Assembly: GCA_023248495.1 (NCBI GenBank)
Contig: JAHFEK010000005.1
Span: forward strand, 6,560-70,559
Length of the DNA stretch: 64,000 nucleotides
DNA from: Nitrospinales bacterium
GTDB lineage: Bacteria; Nitrospinota_A; UBA7883; JACRGQ01
Reading direction: 5' to 3'
Of this stretch, positions 20,110 to 30,425 are shown one piece after another. The number at the start of each line of letters is the position of its first letter. The stretch's first letter is position 1. A program made the translations under genes and the position numbers. The notes beneath the pieces are model-generated. The model saw only the letters and a list, made by a program, of their open reading frames with translations. It was not told the origin of the DNA and did no database searches.

Positions 20110-22554
20110 ATGGACGCATTAATGGGTATAGCGATCCGTCTTTTTCCCACCGCTGAAATCCTCTTTGGGCTGATGGCCGGGATACTTGCCTATCGCTTTT
20201 GCGGACTTTCCGCCTTCGCGATGCTCGTGCTCACCGCGGCATCGCTTCTCCTCATCCGTGTATCAAGAATGCCGTTACGCGGCAGGATCCTTTTGCCGCT
20301 GTTCGCCGCCGCTGGATTTTGGGGGATGTGGCACGCCGCCGCGGCATTCGACGAGTCCGCGCATATAGCAAATAGTGTACCGGTAAACGGGGAATTAACC
20401 GGCCGGGTAACGGGAGGTTTCGAGTATTACCCCTCAGGATCTCATTTTATCCTTGATGCCGAAACGCTGGATGGCCTCCCCGTGCACGGAGGCGTGCAGG
20501 TGTCATTGCGAAACGTTGAGGGGAATGCGCCGCTGCCGGGGGATGTTATCCGCATAGCCGGGGCGCGGCTGAAGCCGGTTACCGGCATGCGCAATATTGG
20601 CGGATACGATTACGCGGCGCACATGAGGGACGCCGGCGTGGGCGCGCGGCTTTCAGCGAAGGGAGATGCGGTAACCGTCGTTGAACGGGGCGCCGGTTGG
20701 CGGCCCGGCAACATTGGCGAGCGCTTGCGGCGCGGGATGAATGTCTTCATCGCCCAATATTATTCGGCGGATCGCGCCCCGGCCGTGGCCGCCATGAGCA
20801 TCGGCATTACCGGCGCCCTTTCACGGCAGGAGAAGCGTAACTACGCCATGGCCGGCATCGCCCACCTGTTCGCCGTTTCGGGGCTGCATGTCGGCTTTAT
20901 CAGCGGCATTGCGTTCTTCATTTTCAACTTCCTGTTTTTCAATTTTTGCTGGCTGGTCAACCGGGCGTGGGCGGAAGAAGGGTTTCACCGGCGCGGGGCC
21001 GCGCTGGCAGCGCTTATCGCGGTGGGCCTGTTCGTCTTCACCGCCGGGGCAAAGGTATCCGCCGTGCGCGCCGGTATCATGGCAGCCGCCTATTTCACCG
21101 CTATCGCCGTCCGGCGGGACAACCAGATGCTCAACGCCCTCGCCATCGCCGCTCTTCTGACGCTGTTGTATGATCCGGCGGCGCTTTTCAGCATATCGTT
21201 TATCCTTTCATACGGGGCGGTGCTGACCATAATCATCGTGACAATGCGCAAAAAAGGGGAAGGGCCCGATCCACTGGAAAAACTCGCGCCGGAAAAAACC
21301 TGGCTGCGCAAACGGGCGGACGAACTTTGGTTGACGGTGCAAATCAGCGCGGCCATCACGGTGGCGCTGGCGCCGGTGATGATGGCGGTATTCAACGAGC
21401 TGTATGGGGCGGGGATGGTCGCGAACATCGCCGCCATTCCGCTGGGGGCCGTGGCGGTGCCGTCGGTGTTCGCCGCCGCGCTCACCGGTTATTTTTTTCC
21501 CGCGCTCGCGCCCGCCGCCGCGTGGATTTCATCGTTGCCGTATGCCACGCTGGATGGCATGGCCGCATTTTTCGCAGCGCATCCCCTGCTCTCGTTCTCC
21601 GGCCCCGCCCCCGCGCCATGGCTCATCGCCCTTTTTTACGTGGCGCTCGCCCTTTTGGCATTTTACCGGGGACGCCTGGCGTATTTGCTTTCGGCCGCCT
21701 GTATCGTGGCGGTCATCCTGTTTTATTGGCCCGTGGAAAGAACCCATGGCGAGTTCCGCTTTATCGACGTGGATCAGGGAGATGCAACCCTCATTTTATT
21801 TAGGGGCGGAGCGAACGTACTGGTGGACGGCGGCCCGGCCTTTGGGAATTTCGACGCGGGCGAGTTGGCGGTAATCCCCGAACTGCGGCGGCTCGGCATC
21901 CGAAAGCTGGATGCGGTGATTGCCACCCACGGCGATATGGATCATGTGGGGGGCCTTTTCGCCCTGCTGCGCCGCTTCCCGGTGACGGCCTATTACGACA
22001 ACGGCGGAGACGAGAAGATGCTGCCGGCATTGCGGGCCGTGGCGGTGGAACATGCAACGCGCGTGGTACGGCTCATGGCGGGGGATCGCATTGCCTTCGG
22101 CGACGAAATCATCGACGTGCTGTCGCCCACGCCGGAGTTTTTCGCGGCGGTGCCGGAAAGCAATAACAATAACCGCTCACTGGTGCTAATGGTGACGGCC
22201 GAAGGAACAAGGTTGCTGCTTCCCGGTGACGCCGAGAAACCGGTGGAAGAGGAACTTTTGGCGCGCCATTCGCCGGTGAACGCAAACCTTTTGCATGTGG
22301 CGCATCACGGCAGCCGCAGCTCCACCACGCCGGACTTTTTATTAGCGGTGGGGCCGAGGCTGGCGGTGATCAGCGCGGGGGCGATGAACCACTACCATTT
22401 TCCGGCCCGCGCCACGCTCGAAACGCTGGCGAGTGGAAATACCACGGTGCTCCGCACCGATCTCGTGGGGGAAATCGTGCTCCGTTCCGCTCGGGGAGGA
22501 TTTCTCCTGACAACATGGGCCGATCCGGTGGAACGCTTTTTCCCGGCCGAGTGA
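20110..22554 (+). CDS. comEC: DNA internalisation competence protein ComEC/Rec2 (competence domain plus metallo-beta-lactamase domain)
   Basis: Polytopic N-terminal region, central ComEC competence domain, C-terminal MBL fold (HGDMDHVGG, HHGS). 814 aa. Confidence 0.85.
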   Translation: MDALMGIAIRLFPTAEILFGLMAGILAYRFCGLSAFAMLVLTAASLLLIRVSRMPLRGRILLPLFAAAGFWGMWHAAAAFDESAHIANSVPVNGELTGRVTGGFEYYPSGSHFILDAETLDGLPVHGGVQVSLRNVEGNAPLPGDVIRIAGARLKPVTGMRNIGGYDYAAHMRDAGVGARLSAKGDAVTVVERGAGWRPGNIGERLRRGMNVFIAQYYSADRAPAVAAMSIGITGALSRQEKRNYAMAGIAHLFAVSGLHVGFISGIAFFIFNFLFFNFCWLVNRAWAEEGFHRRGAALAALIAVGLFVFTAGAKVSAVRAGIMAAAYFTAIAVRRDNQMLNALAIAALLTLLYDPAALFSISFILSYGAVLTIIIVTMRKKGEGPDPLEKLAPEKTWLRKRADELWLTVQISAAITVALAPVMMAVFNELYGAGMVANIAAIPLGAVAVPSVFAAALTGYFFPALAPAAAWISSLPYATLDGMAAFFAAHPLLSFSGPAPAPWLIALFYVALALLAFYRGRLAYLLSAACIVAVILFYWPVERTHGEFRFIDVDQGDATLILFRGGANVLVDGGPAFGNFDAGELAVIPELRRLGIRKLDAVIATHGDMDHVGGLFALLRRFPVTAYYDNGGDEKMLPALRAVAVEHATRVVRLMAGDRIAFGDEIIDVLSPTPEFFAAVPESNNNNRSLVLMVTAEGTRLLLPGDAEKPVEEELLARHSPVNANLLHVAHHGSRSSTTPDFLLAVGPRLAVISAGAMNHYHFPARATLETLASGNTTVLRTDLVGEIVLRSARGGFLLTTWADPVERFFPAE

Positions 22555-22645
22555 GCAGATGTTCCGCCATGACAGGGCGGTCACCTAGGATTTTCACCAT
22601 AGTTCTTCCCTTTGGGCAAACCGGTGCTATAATCCTTCACCGGTG

Positions 22646-22721
22646 GGGCGAATAGCTCAGTTGGTAGAGCGCCAGCTTTACACGCTGGATGCCACAGGTT
22701 CGAGCCCTGTTTCGCCCACCA
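22646..22721 (+). tRNA. tRNA-Val (anticodon TAC), 76 nt
   Basis: GGGCGAATAGCTCAGTTGGTAGAGCG-CCAGC-TTTACAC-GCTGG-ATGCC-ACAGGTTCGAGCCCTGT-TTCGCCCACCA. Confidence 0.88.
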
Positions 22722-22769
22722 TTTTTTGCGGTGATTTGAGATGAAGACGTAAGGGAGTAAACCGGGGAT

Positions 22770-23618
22770 ATGGTGAAACAGCCTAAACCTTCCCGACCTA
22801 CCCACCGCCAAAAAACGTATTCAAAAAAGTTTAATCTTTTGCGGCCCGGCACAGGCATCCGCTTCATTCCACCGGAACACTGGGGGCGATCCAGAAAGAG
22901 CATGGGCGGACCATTGCGGCTGGCGATGCTCATGCTGCTGTTGGGGATAACCGCCGAGCTTTATCTCAATCTCCCGGCGCCCCCTCCGGTGCGGCGCGCG
23001 GCTCCCGTTCGCATCACACCTCCGCCGCGCATCATGCAGGAAGAAACGGTAATGGCGAATGCCGTGCCGGCCATCGTCGGGGTGACGCCGGCGCAACCGG
23101 CGCCCACGCCGGCAAATCCGGTTGCTCCGCCGGAAACAGCGGGAACCTCCGCAATTAAACAGGCGGCCTCCACTCGAACGGGGCCACGCATCCGGTTCGG
23201 CATTTTTCTTTCGCGTGAAAACGCCGAACGTCATGTGCAATCATTGGCGAATAAAGGGGTGGTCGCCGCCGCCGAGACGGCATTGCGCCCTCTATCCTCT
23301 TTCACGCTTAAGGCTGGCCCGGCAAACAACGCCGCCAACTGGAAAGATATAAAATCCGCCGGGGCAAAATTAAAGGTTGCGCCGATGGTGGAAGTTGACG
23401 GAAAATATGTAGTTGTAGGGCCCATTTGGTTGAAAGACCGCGCCTTGGTGGCGGAGAATAGTTTTAGGGCCGCCGGTGTCCGTACGGAGATAGTGGAAGA
23501 GCACAAGGATCGCGAAGTATTTAAGGTTCTTTCCGCTCAGTTTGAAACGGTGGAGGCGGCCAAGCGGGCGATTGGGGAAATGCAAGCCAACGGCATTGAG
23601 GGTGTAATCGATGAGTGA
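22770..23618 (+). CDS. SPOR-domain (peptidoglycan-binding, cell-division associated) membrane protein
   Basis: N-terminal TM ([14 protein letters not shown]), Pro/Ala-rich linker, two SPOR-like repeats ([20 protein letters not shown]; [20 protein letters not shown]). The true start may be internal. Confidence 0.6.
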   Translation: MVKQPKPSRPTHRQKTYSKKFNLLRPGTGIRFIPPEHWGRSRKSMGGPLRLAMLMLLLGITAELYLNLPAPPPVRRAAPVRITPPPRIMQEETVMANAVPAIVGVTPAQPAPTPANPVAPPETAGTSAIKQAASTRTGPRIRFGIFLSRENAERHVQSLANKGVVAAAETALRPLSSFTLKAGPANNAANWKDIKSAGAKLKVAPMVEVDGKYVVVGPIWLKDRALVAENSFRAAGVRTEIVEEHKDREVFKVLSAQFETVEAAKRAIGEMQANGIEGVIDE

Positions 23619-23982
23619 AACCGCCGAAGGGAAAAATCCGCAACTGGCGCTCAATCTGCCGGATAAGATGTTCTACAAGATAAGCGATGTCGCCTCCTTG
23701 GCCGGTATCGAAACCCATGTGCTCAGGTATTGGGAAACCGAGTTTCCCGAGTTGACCCCGCGCAAAAGCCAAAGCGGACGCCGCCTCTACAGCCGGCAGG
23801 ACATCGAACTGGTGCTGGAAATTAAATCGTTGCTGTACGACGAGGGATTTTCCATCGCCGGAGCGAAAAAGCGGCTGCAAAAAAGAAAGAAGACCGCCAG
23901 CGAGCAGGATGCCATCATCGAGGCGGTGCGCCAAACTAAAAAAGGGCTGGCGGACATTCTAAGCATCCTCAACGCCGGTTGA
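23611..23982 (+). CDS. MerR-family transcriptional regulator
   Basis: [26 protein letters not shown] is a MerR HTH signature. The likely start is the internal Met at ~23668. Confidence 0.7.
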   Translation: MSETAEGKNPQLALNLPDKMFYKISDVASLAGIETHVLRYWETEFPELTPRKSQSGRRLYSRQDIELVLEIKSLLYDEGFSIAGAKKRLQKRKKTASEQDAIIEAVRQTKKGLADILSILNAG

Positions 23983-24112
23983 CACCCAGTTCTTCCCGCC
24001 CTTGCCTATTTTTGTCATGCTGAGCGGAACGAAGAATCCCTTTCCGGAAAGAGATCCTTCGCCGGTGGCTCAGGATGACCATCTGCCCCGCTTAATTGGG
24101 TGGATAAAGCCG

Positions 24113-25009
24113 CTACTTCTTGAAGCCCACGGCGAAGAGATTGCCGGCGGGGAGAGGAATCGGGATATGGCCGATACCTGTTGCCTTCAACAACGCGATC
24201 AGTTGCGCCTTGGCGGGCAGCGGCAGCAGCTTTATCCAGTAGTGCGCCGGGTAGGTGTTGACCACCGCGCGCACGTCGATCTCTTTGAATCCCGCCCCTT
24301 CCAGCAAACGGGCGACGCCGCGCGGCGAAAAAAGCTGGAGGTGCTCGATATCGAAAATGGGGGATTTCATGCCCAGCAGTTTCGCGGAAAACGCGCGGTG
24401 GTTGTGGCTGGCGATGGCAAAGGCGCCGCCCGGCTTTAACAAGCGGAATGCCGCGTCGCAGACGGCGGCGGGATCCGTCAGGTGTTCCACCGTTTGAAAA
24501 CAGGTAACGAGCGAAAAACTTCCCGGTTGAAAGGCCGATTCATAAAAAATTCCTTTGTGGATGAGCGGGCGAATGTTCTCCTTCGCCGCTTGTATCGGCG
24601 CGTCCGATGGCTCCACCCCGGCCACCCCGGTAAAACCGTTTTCAAGGAGCCGTTCTAAAAACGCGCCATCGCCCGTGCCGATATCCAACGCGCCCGCCCG
24701 GTCCGGCAGCCGGCGCGCCGCGCGCAATACATGCGCGATGTACGTGTCCGCCGCATGCGCGGCCTCTTCGCCGCTGTCGAATGCGGCCGATTCGTAGGCG
24801 TCGGCAAGCGCGCCAGCCTCCGGGACGGGGGTGGCGTAGAGCAGGTCGCAGGCATCGCAGCGGACAAGCCGCAGATGCATCTGCTCGGGTGTTTTGCGCG
24901 AAGCGTAGGCGAAGGCATCAAGCTTGGCGGCGTCGTAATTCGCCTCGGCAAAAAGGTTTGCCGTGCAGTCGGCGCCGCATACGGGACAGTGCCTCTCGCG
25001 CATTTGCAC
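24113..25009 (-). CDS. class I SAM-dependent methyltransferase with N-terminal Cys4 zinc ribbon
   Basis: CPVCGADC...CDACDLLY, then the SAM motif LDIGTGDGAFLERL. Last gene of the minus-strand glycan cluster. Confidence 0.7.
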   Translation of the reverse strand: MQMRERHCPVCGADCTANLFAEANYDAAKLDAFAYASRKTPEQMHLRLVRCDACDLLYATPVPEAGALADAYESAAFDSGEEAAHAADTYIAHVLRAARRLPDRAGALDIGTGDGAFLERLLENGFTGVAGVEPSDAPIQAAKENIRPLIHKGIFYESAFQPGSFSLVTCFQTVEHLTDPAAVCDAAFRLLKPGGAFAIASHNHRAFSAKLLGMKSPIFDIEHLQLFSPRGVARLLEGAGFKEIDVRAVVNTYPAHYWIKLLPLPAKAQLIALLKATGIGHIPIPLPAGNLFAVGFKK

Positions 25010-25014
25010 AGATG

Positions 25015-26991
25015 CTACTCCCGGCCCCGGGCCTGCGTTTCAGAGGCTTGGCGCACCTCGCCGTTCATCACGATGTTCCGCCGGATGAAGCGGGGCCGCT
25101 GCTTTACCTCTTCGAATATTTTGGCGATGTATTCACCCAAAATACTGAGAGCGAGGAGGTTTATCGAACCAAAAAAAACCACCGTTAAAATCATGGTGGT
25201 GGCGCCCTTGGGGGCGATATCGGGAAAAATCAGTTTAAGCGCCACTTCCACAATAGCGAGCAGAACGGATACGCCGAAAAGCGCCCAGCCGAAAAAGCTT
25301 AGCATGTTCAACGGCGTGTTGCTGAAGGAGAGTATCCCTTTTTTGGCCCAATCGATATTCTTAAGCAGGCTGTTGGTGGAAATGCCGAACATCCTCTCCG
25401 GGCGGACGTATGGGATGCCGGTCTGGCGGAACCCGGCGTAGGCCCGTATGCCGCGCATGAAGGCGTCGCGTTCGGGAAAACGGACAAGCGCCTTGACCAC
25501 CTTTTTATCCAGCAGCGAAAAATCCCCCGCGTCGTGCGGGATGTTCAGGTACGAGAACCAATCGAACACACGATAGAAGAGCTTGTAGGCGAACTGCATG
25601 TAAAGCGGCGCTTCGCGCTTCACCCGCACGCCGTACACCACCTCATACCCCTCTTTCCACTTTCCCATGAACTGCTCGATGATTTCGGGCGGATCCTGCA
25701 GATCGCCGTCCATCAGCACACAGCCGTTTTTCGTGGCGATTTCCATGCCGCTGCGGAAGGCCGCCTGCGAACCGAAATTGCGGGAATGGGTGATGCCGAT
25801 GACGTGCCGGTCACGCGCGCTGATGGCGCGGATGACCTCTTCGCTGTTATCGGGGCTGTTATCGTTGACGAAGATAATTTCATAATCGACATTGAGGGAT
25901 GTGAACACCTTCACCAGCCGTTCGTACATAATGGGGATCGCCTGGCCGTCCTTGTAACAGGCGACGATGGCGGAAATACTGTAAACGGTATCCACTCCCT
26001 GCTGCTTGGACGAGCGGCGGTACTTTTCAGGATCTTTAAGCCCCTTGTACCATGCCACGGTTTTCAGCAGGCCGTCGCGCAGGTTGGTGCTGGCGGCCCA
26101 CCCGATCAGCCGTTTGGCCTTGGCCGGATCGGCGTACCATTCCTGAACGTCCCACGCGCGGTTTTGCATTTCAAATTTCGGCTTTTCGGCGATGCCAAAA
26201 AGGTCGTGCGCCTCCGCGGCCAAATCGGAGATTTTTGTCCTCACGCCGCCGCCGATGTTAAACGACTCGCCCCAATTTTCCTCCCGCAAATTAAGCGCCG
26301 CGCTGATGAACGCTTCGCAGGCATCGTCAACATATACAAAATCGCGCGATATCTCGGGGTTGACCAGCGGCGGATATTTTCCCGCCAGCCCTTGGGCGAT
26401 CAATGACGGGATGAGCCGCGCGGCGTCTTCGTAAGGGCCGTAGATGGAATAGAGCCGCAAATTGGCGCAGGGGAAACGGAGTTTTTTGCCGTAGTAGTGC
26501 AACATTCCCGCCACCGCCATCTTGCTTACGGCATAGTGGCTGTTCGGCGCCAACTGCGCGTCTTCGGCCGGGCCGGAGGCGTTATCACCGTATTCTGACG
26601 AACTTCCCGCGTGTATGTAGCGCACCGCGCCGTGTTTCCGCAGCTCTTCCAGCAGCTTTACGGTGTAATTGACGTTGGTGCGGTAAATGAGGTCGAAATC
26701 GGTTTCGAATGAATAGGCGCCGTACGCCACGCAATCGAATACGGTGCGGGGGCGCACGGTCTCGACGAGTGTTTTTATATTGGTATCGACCAGCAGATCA
26801 GTGACGAGCACATTCTGCTCCGGCACCCCCTCCAACCGCCACGCCCACTGTTGTGTTTTGGTGCCGTGCACGTCGGCGCGAACCTCCAGCAGTATTCGAA
26901 AAAGATTCGCCCCCACGAAACCGCTGGCCCCCAGAACGAGTACCGGTCCCTGCAACCGTTCAATTTTGGCCTTCAGCTCCGGATTCATCAT
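25015..26991 (-). CDS. fusion protein: N-terminal NAD-dependent SDR epimerase/dehydratase plus C-terminal GT2 polyprenyl-phosphate glycosyltransferase (DPM synthase/ArnC/GtrB-like) with C-terminal TM hairpins
   Basis: N-terminal GASGFVGANL Rossmann and YAVSK catalytic dyad. C-terminal GT2 IIFVNDNSPDNS...LMDGDLQDPPE with DxD, then two C-terminal TM helices. 658 aa. Confidence 0.75.
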   Translation of the reverse strand: MMNPELKAKIERLQGPVLVLGASGFVGANLFRILLEVRADVHGTKTQQWAWRLEGVPEQNVLVTDLLVDTNIKTLVETVRPRTVFDCVAYGAYSFETDFDLIYRTNVNYTVKLLEELRKHGAVRYIHAGSSSEYGDNASGPAEDAQLAPNSHYAVSKMAVAGMLHYYGKKLRFPCANLRLYSIYGPYEDAARLIPSLIAQGLAGKYPPLVNPEISRDFVYVDDACEAFISAALNLREENWGESFNIGGGVRTKISDLAAEAHDLFGIAEKPKFEMQNRAWDVQEWYADPAKAKRLIGWAASTNLRDGLLKTVAWYKGLKDPEKYRRSSKQQGVDTVYSISAIVACYKDGQAIPIMYERLVKVFTSLNVDYEIIFVNDNSPDNSEEVIRAISARDRHVIGITHSRNFGSQAAFRSGMEIATKNGCVLMDGDLQDPPEIIEQFMGKWKEGYEVVYGVRVKREAPLYMQFAYKLFYRVFDWFSYLNIPHDAGDFSLLDKKVVKALVRFPERDAFMRGIRAYAGFRQTGIPYVRPERMFGISTNSLLKNIDWAKKGILSFSNTPLNMLSFFGWALFGVSVLLAIVEVALKLIFPDIAPKGATTMILTVVFFGSINLLALSILGEYIAKIFEEVKQRPRFIRRNIVMNGEVRQASETQARGRE

Positions 26992-27898
26992 GCTTGCATT
27001 ATGACGCCGAGAACGGCATCCGCGTCAATCCCGCATTCCTTGCGGTGGAATTGTTGCGAGCCGAGCCGGCCTGAAAGATACCCTTTCGCGTGGAAGTGGC
27101 CGAACCGGGGGGGAATGCCCCCCGCCAACGCCAATACGCGGCTCAATGCTTCTCCCAGCCCGCCGTGGGCAACATGTTCTTCCACCACGTGGAGCGCGCC
27201 GCTTTTTTTCACATCGGCCAGAAATGCGGCAGGCGGGGAATTGTGCTCAAGCGGCAGTTCCGTGACCGCCCAGAGCGCGGGGCGCATTTTTCCATCCATG
27301 GCGGCCAGCTTCCCGATAAAACCGCCGGCGATGGGACCGATAGCGGCGATCACCGGGCCGCTGCCCGAAACTATTTTCCTCCATCCGGCGTAGGGGGGCA
27401 AATCGAATCCCGCCGGTTTTTCGCAACGGCCAAGCCGGAGGTAGCCGGGCAACGGCGAATCGGCCATTTTGTCCACTATCGGGGCGACGTCCGGCCCGAA
27501 CGCCGGGACGTAAGCCCGCATGTGCGGCAGGCAAAGCATCGCGCCGTAATCCTCCAGCGCGTGGTGTGTCGCCCCCATCGAGCCGTAGGCGTAGCCCCCG
27601 CCGTTACCGACGATTTTCACGTTGAGCCGGTGGGAGCAGACATCGTTCCGAATCTGTTCAAACGGGCGGGCATAGGCGAATGGCGCGATGCTGTAGATCC
27701 ATGCGGGCAGCCCTTCGCTGGCCATCCCCGCCGCGACCGATACCATGTTCTGTTCCGCCACACCCGCGTTGATGAAAAGTTCCCCCATCGCATCGCGCAG
27801 CGGTTCCAGGGCCATGAAGCCGAGATCGCCGGTGAGAAAGGCGAACCGGCGGCGATGCGAGAGGGCAACCAGCGCCTGACAAACGGCGTTTCTCATGC
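26988..27898 (-). CDS. transketolase C-terminal (pyrimidine-binding) subunit of a split transketolase
   Basis: FLTGDLGFMALEPLRDAMGELFINAGVAEQNMVSVAAGMA. Start assigned to the internal Met overlapping the upstream stop (ATGA). Confidence 0.8.
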
Positions 27899-28681
27899 GC
27901 GCTCCACCTCGTCCACCGCCAAACGGTACTGCTCTTTCGTCAGCGGAAGGTAGTGCCATTCCATTTTGTCCTCCATAAAGGAGACGCCGTGCCCCTTCAC
28001 GGTCCGCATGATGATCACTTTCGGCAGGCCGCTTTGTTGCGTCACCGCACGGTGCAACTCACGCGGATCGTGCCCGTCAATGCTCAACACCTCGAAGCCG
28101 AAAGCGCGGAACTTATCGCCGAACGGCTCCATGTTCGCCACTTCGCCCGTACGGCCGAACCCCTGCAAATCGTTGCGGTCTATCAAGAGGGTGACGCGGT
28201 GCAGGTTGTGATGCGCGATGAAAAGAGCCGCCTCCCAGTTGGATCCTTCGTTCCACTCGCCGTCGGACATGAGGCAGTAAACCGGCGCGTTATTCTTTTG
28301 CAGATGGCGCGCCATGCCCACCCCCGCCGCGAGGCCGAGGCCATGCCCCAAGCTGCCGGTGGAAAAGCGGATGCCGGGGTGCCAGCCCCCGACGGGATGG
28401 CCGGGGAGATTCGTGTTGTCCTTATGGAATTGAACGAGGTCGTCATCGGAAAGCTGACCGTCCGCCCAGAGCGTGACATAAAGCGCGCCGGCCGAGTGCC
28501 CCTTGGAAAGAATGAAGAGGTCTTCCTTTTCCATCACCTGCATGTGGAGGAAAAGTATCGCGTCAAGCGACGAAAGGTTCCCGCCGATGTGGCCAATGCC
28601 GCTTTCAAGATGCATTTTTAAAAGGCGCAGCTTAGCTTTCTTCAACACTTCATTGAATGCGGAAAAATCAGGGGTCTTCAC
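27893..28681 (-). CDS. transketolase N-terminal (TPP-binding) subunit of a split transketolase
   Basis: GHIGGNLSSLDAILFLH...LSKGHSAGALY...GSLGHGLGLAAGVGMA are TPP-binding motifs. Confidence 0.8.
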   Translation of the reverse strand: MKTPDFSAFNEVLKKAKLRLLKMHLESGIGHIGGNLSSLDAILFLHMQVMEKEDLFILSKGHSAGALYVTLWADGQLSDDDLVQFHKDNTNLPGHPVGGWHPGIRFSTGSLGHGLGLAAGVGMARHLQKNNAPVYCLMSDGEWNEGSNWEAALFIAHHNLHRVTLLIDRNDLQGFGRTGEVANMEPFGDKFRAFGFEVLSIDGHDPRELHRAVTQQSGLPKVIIMRTVKGHGVSFMEDKMEWHYLPLTKEQYRLAVDEVERA

Positions 28682-28800
28682 AGTGCCGTATTATACCCTC
28701 CGGGGCTGGCCGTGGCTACTTGTTGGAGCGATGCATGGCGGGCTTGGCCAGCCGGAAACCGCCGTGAAACGGGGCGGGAAAAGGCCAAAAGGGATCCTGC

Positions 28801-30285
28801 TTAAAATACCATCGTCACTAAAATCCCAAGCGTGTAAAAATCCTTGTCTTCCGCAATGATGGTGTATTGGTTGGGTAAATCGTTAGTATCATAATTCGTG
28901 GTTTTGTCGTATCGCATATAGAGCGAAACGTCATAAAGGCCAAAACGGCTTTGCGGCTCCACCACGATAAAATCGCGCACCATTTGCAAAGGCGACTCGT
29001 CAAGGTGCGGTGACTTGGGATCTTCGTAACGGCCGATTTGGTATTTGAGCCGCGTCTGGCCGCTGAAGCGATGCATGTGGCTGTAGACCAACGTGCGGCT
29101 GTTGGTTCCCGTGATCCCCCCCATGGAAACACCTTGGTACGCATACCCTTCGTAGGGATATTGACTATGCAGATAAAATCCGTAGCATATCCGCTGATAT
29201 TCCAAGCGGAAAAAGTCATCCTCGAACGCCAACGTCATCCCCGACATGTTTGAAGGCTGGCCGAAGTAGAAAAAAGATTCCCTTTGCACCCCGCTGGGGG
29301 TATCTGTGAAAAACGTGGCCACGTCCCCCGCCGCCTCTTCATCATAAAGGGTAAACGACTTAACCGACGGGAAAAGCATATCGAGCGGAAGCCGGAGCGT
29401 CGCGTCAAATGAAAGAATTCCATCGTTGTTATATTTGCCCGACACATGTTCGCCGAATCCGCTTATCAATTGAAGATACTCGTTCGTTTGGTACTGGGGC
29501 CGGCCAGCGCCCCCATAATGGGTGATCTTTGTGCCGCCCAATTCCAGCCAGCTGGCCGGGGAATAGGTCATGCGCATGGCAAACACATTCGAATTCGACG
29601 GATCCTGCTGCTTGTTCCATAGCAGCCAGCCGTTCATTAATGTGATATCCCATTTCCCCAGAAAATCGAGCGGCTCTTCAGTGGCAAGCTTTATCAGCGG
29701 GTAGGGCTCGGCATTGGTGGAAAGAAGCAAACCGCCGTATTCACCGGATCCCAGGGCAACATTATCTTTTCCGGCCTCGATGGCCCATTTGCCCAAACGA
29801 TATTTTGCGTAGGCGCGGAATATTTGGCTCTGCTTGAGTTGCTCCGTCTCAATTTGTTTGAACTGGTAGTAAAAGGCGAAGCTGTCGCTGTAGGCGGCGT
29901 AGCCGTCCTCAAAAAGAAAAAGATTCGCCCCTTTGTAGTAGACAAGCCCGGACGAACCCGGAATGACCGCTTTTTCCTCATTGCCGGCAAAAAATTTGCC
30001 CGTGATGCTGGAAAGCGGCTTGAGGTTCCACACCCCATCATTACTGACAACGCAACCGGAATCGGCGCTATCAAGCCCGGACTTTTCCAGGCGGTAGCAA
30101 CTGGTGGGGGATACGCCCCAGCCAGAAGTCATCTTATCCGAGACAATGCCAAGAGAGTCGTAAAAGGCCGAATTTTCTGGGTTGATGTTCAAAATATCCG
30201 CCGCTCCGGCGGCGGCAGGGAACAAAAGCGTTGCCAGCGCCACATACAATGCACCCAACCGAGATATCATAGCTGTGAATTCCAT
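28801..30285 (-). CDS. secreted protein, probable outer-membrane beta-barrel (hypothetical)
   Basis: Signal peptide ending AAGAA|D. Alternating-hydrophobic strands. C-terminal ...LGILVTMVF with terminal Phe (OMP signature). No family recognised. Confidence 0.5.
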   Translation of the reverse strand: MEFTAMISRLGALYVALATLLFPAAAGAADILNINPENSAFYDSLGIVSDKMTSGWGVSPTSCYRLEKSGLDSADSGCVVSNDGVWNLKPLSSITGKFFAGNEEKAVIPGSSGLVYYKGANLFLFEDGYAAYSDSFAFYYQFKQIETEQLKQSQIFRAYAKYRLGKWAIEAGKDNVALGSGEYGGLLLSTNAEPYPLIKLATEEPLDFLGKWDITLMNGWLLWNKQQDPSNSNVFAMRMTYSPASWLELGGTKITHYGGAGRPQYQTNEYLQLISGFGEHVSGKYNNDGILSFDATLRLPLDMLFPSVKSFTLYDEEAAGDVATFFTDTPSGVQRESFFYFGQPSNMSGMTLAFEDDFFRLEYQRICYGFYLHSQYPYEGYAYQGVSMGGITGTNSRTLVYSHMHRFSGQTRLKYQIGRYEDPKSPHLDESPLQMVRDFIVVEPQSRFGLYDVSLYMRYDKTTNYDTNDLPNQYTIIAEDKDFYTLGILVTMVF

Positions 30286-30425
30286 GCGCCAAAAAGGCCG
30301 TCGTTTAACATTACTTTTCCGTTTGTTTCAAGATGAAACCGGGATATTCATCTTTCCTATTAACGGAGAACTTTACTCCCTTCACAATAGAGCAATCAAT
30401 ACCATATTGTTCTCGGCATAAACGG

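Noticed and set aside
25534-26406. 290-aa plus-strand ORF
   Set aside because: Antisense to the SDR-GT2 fusion gene. No motifs.
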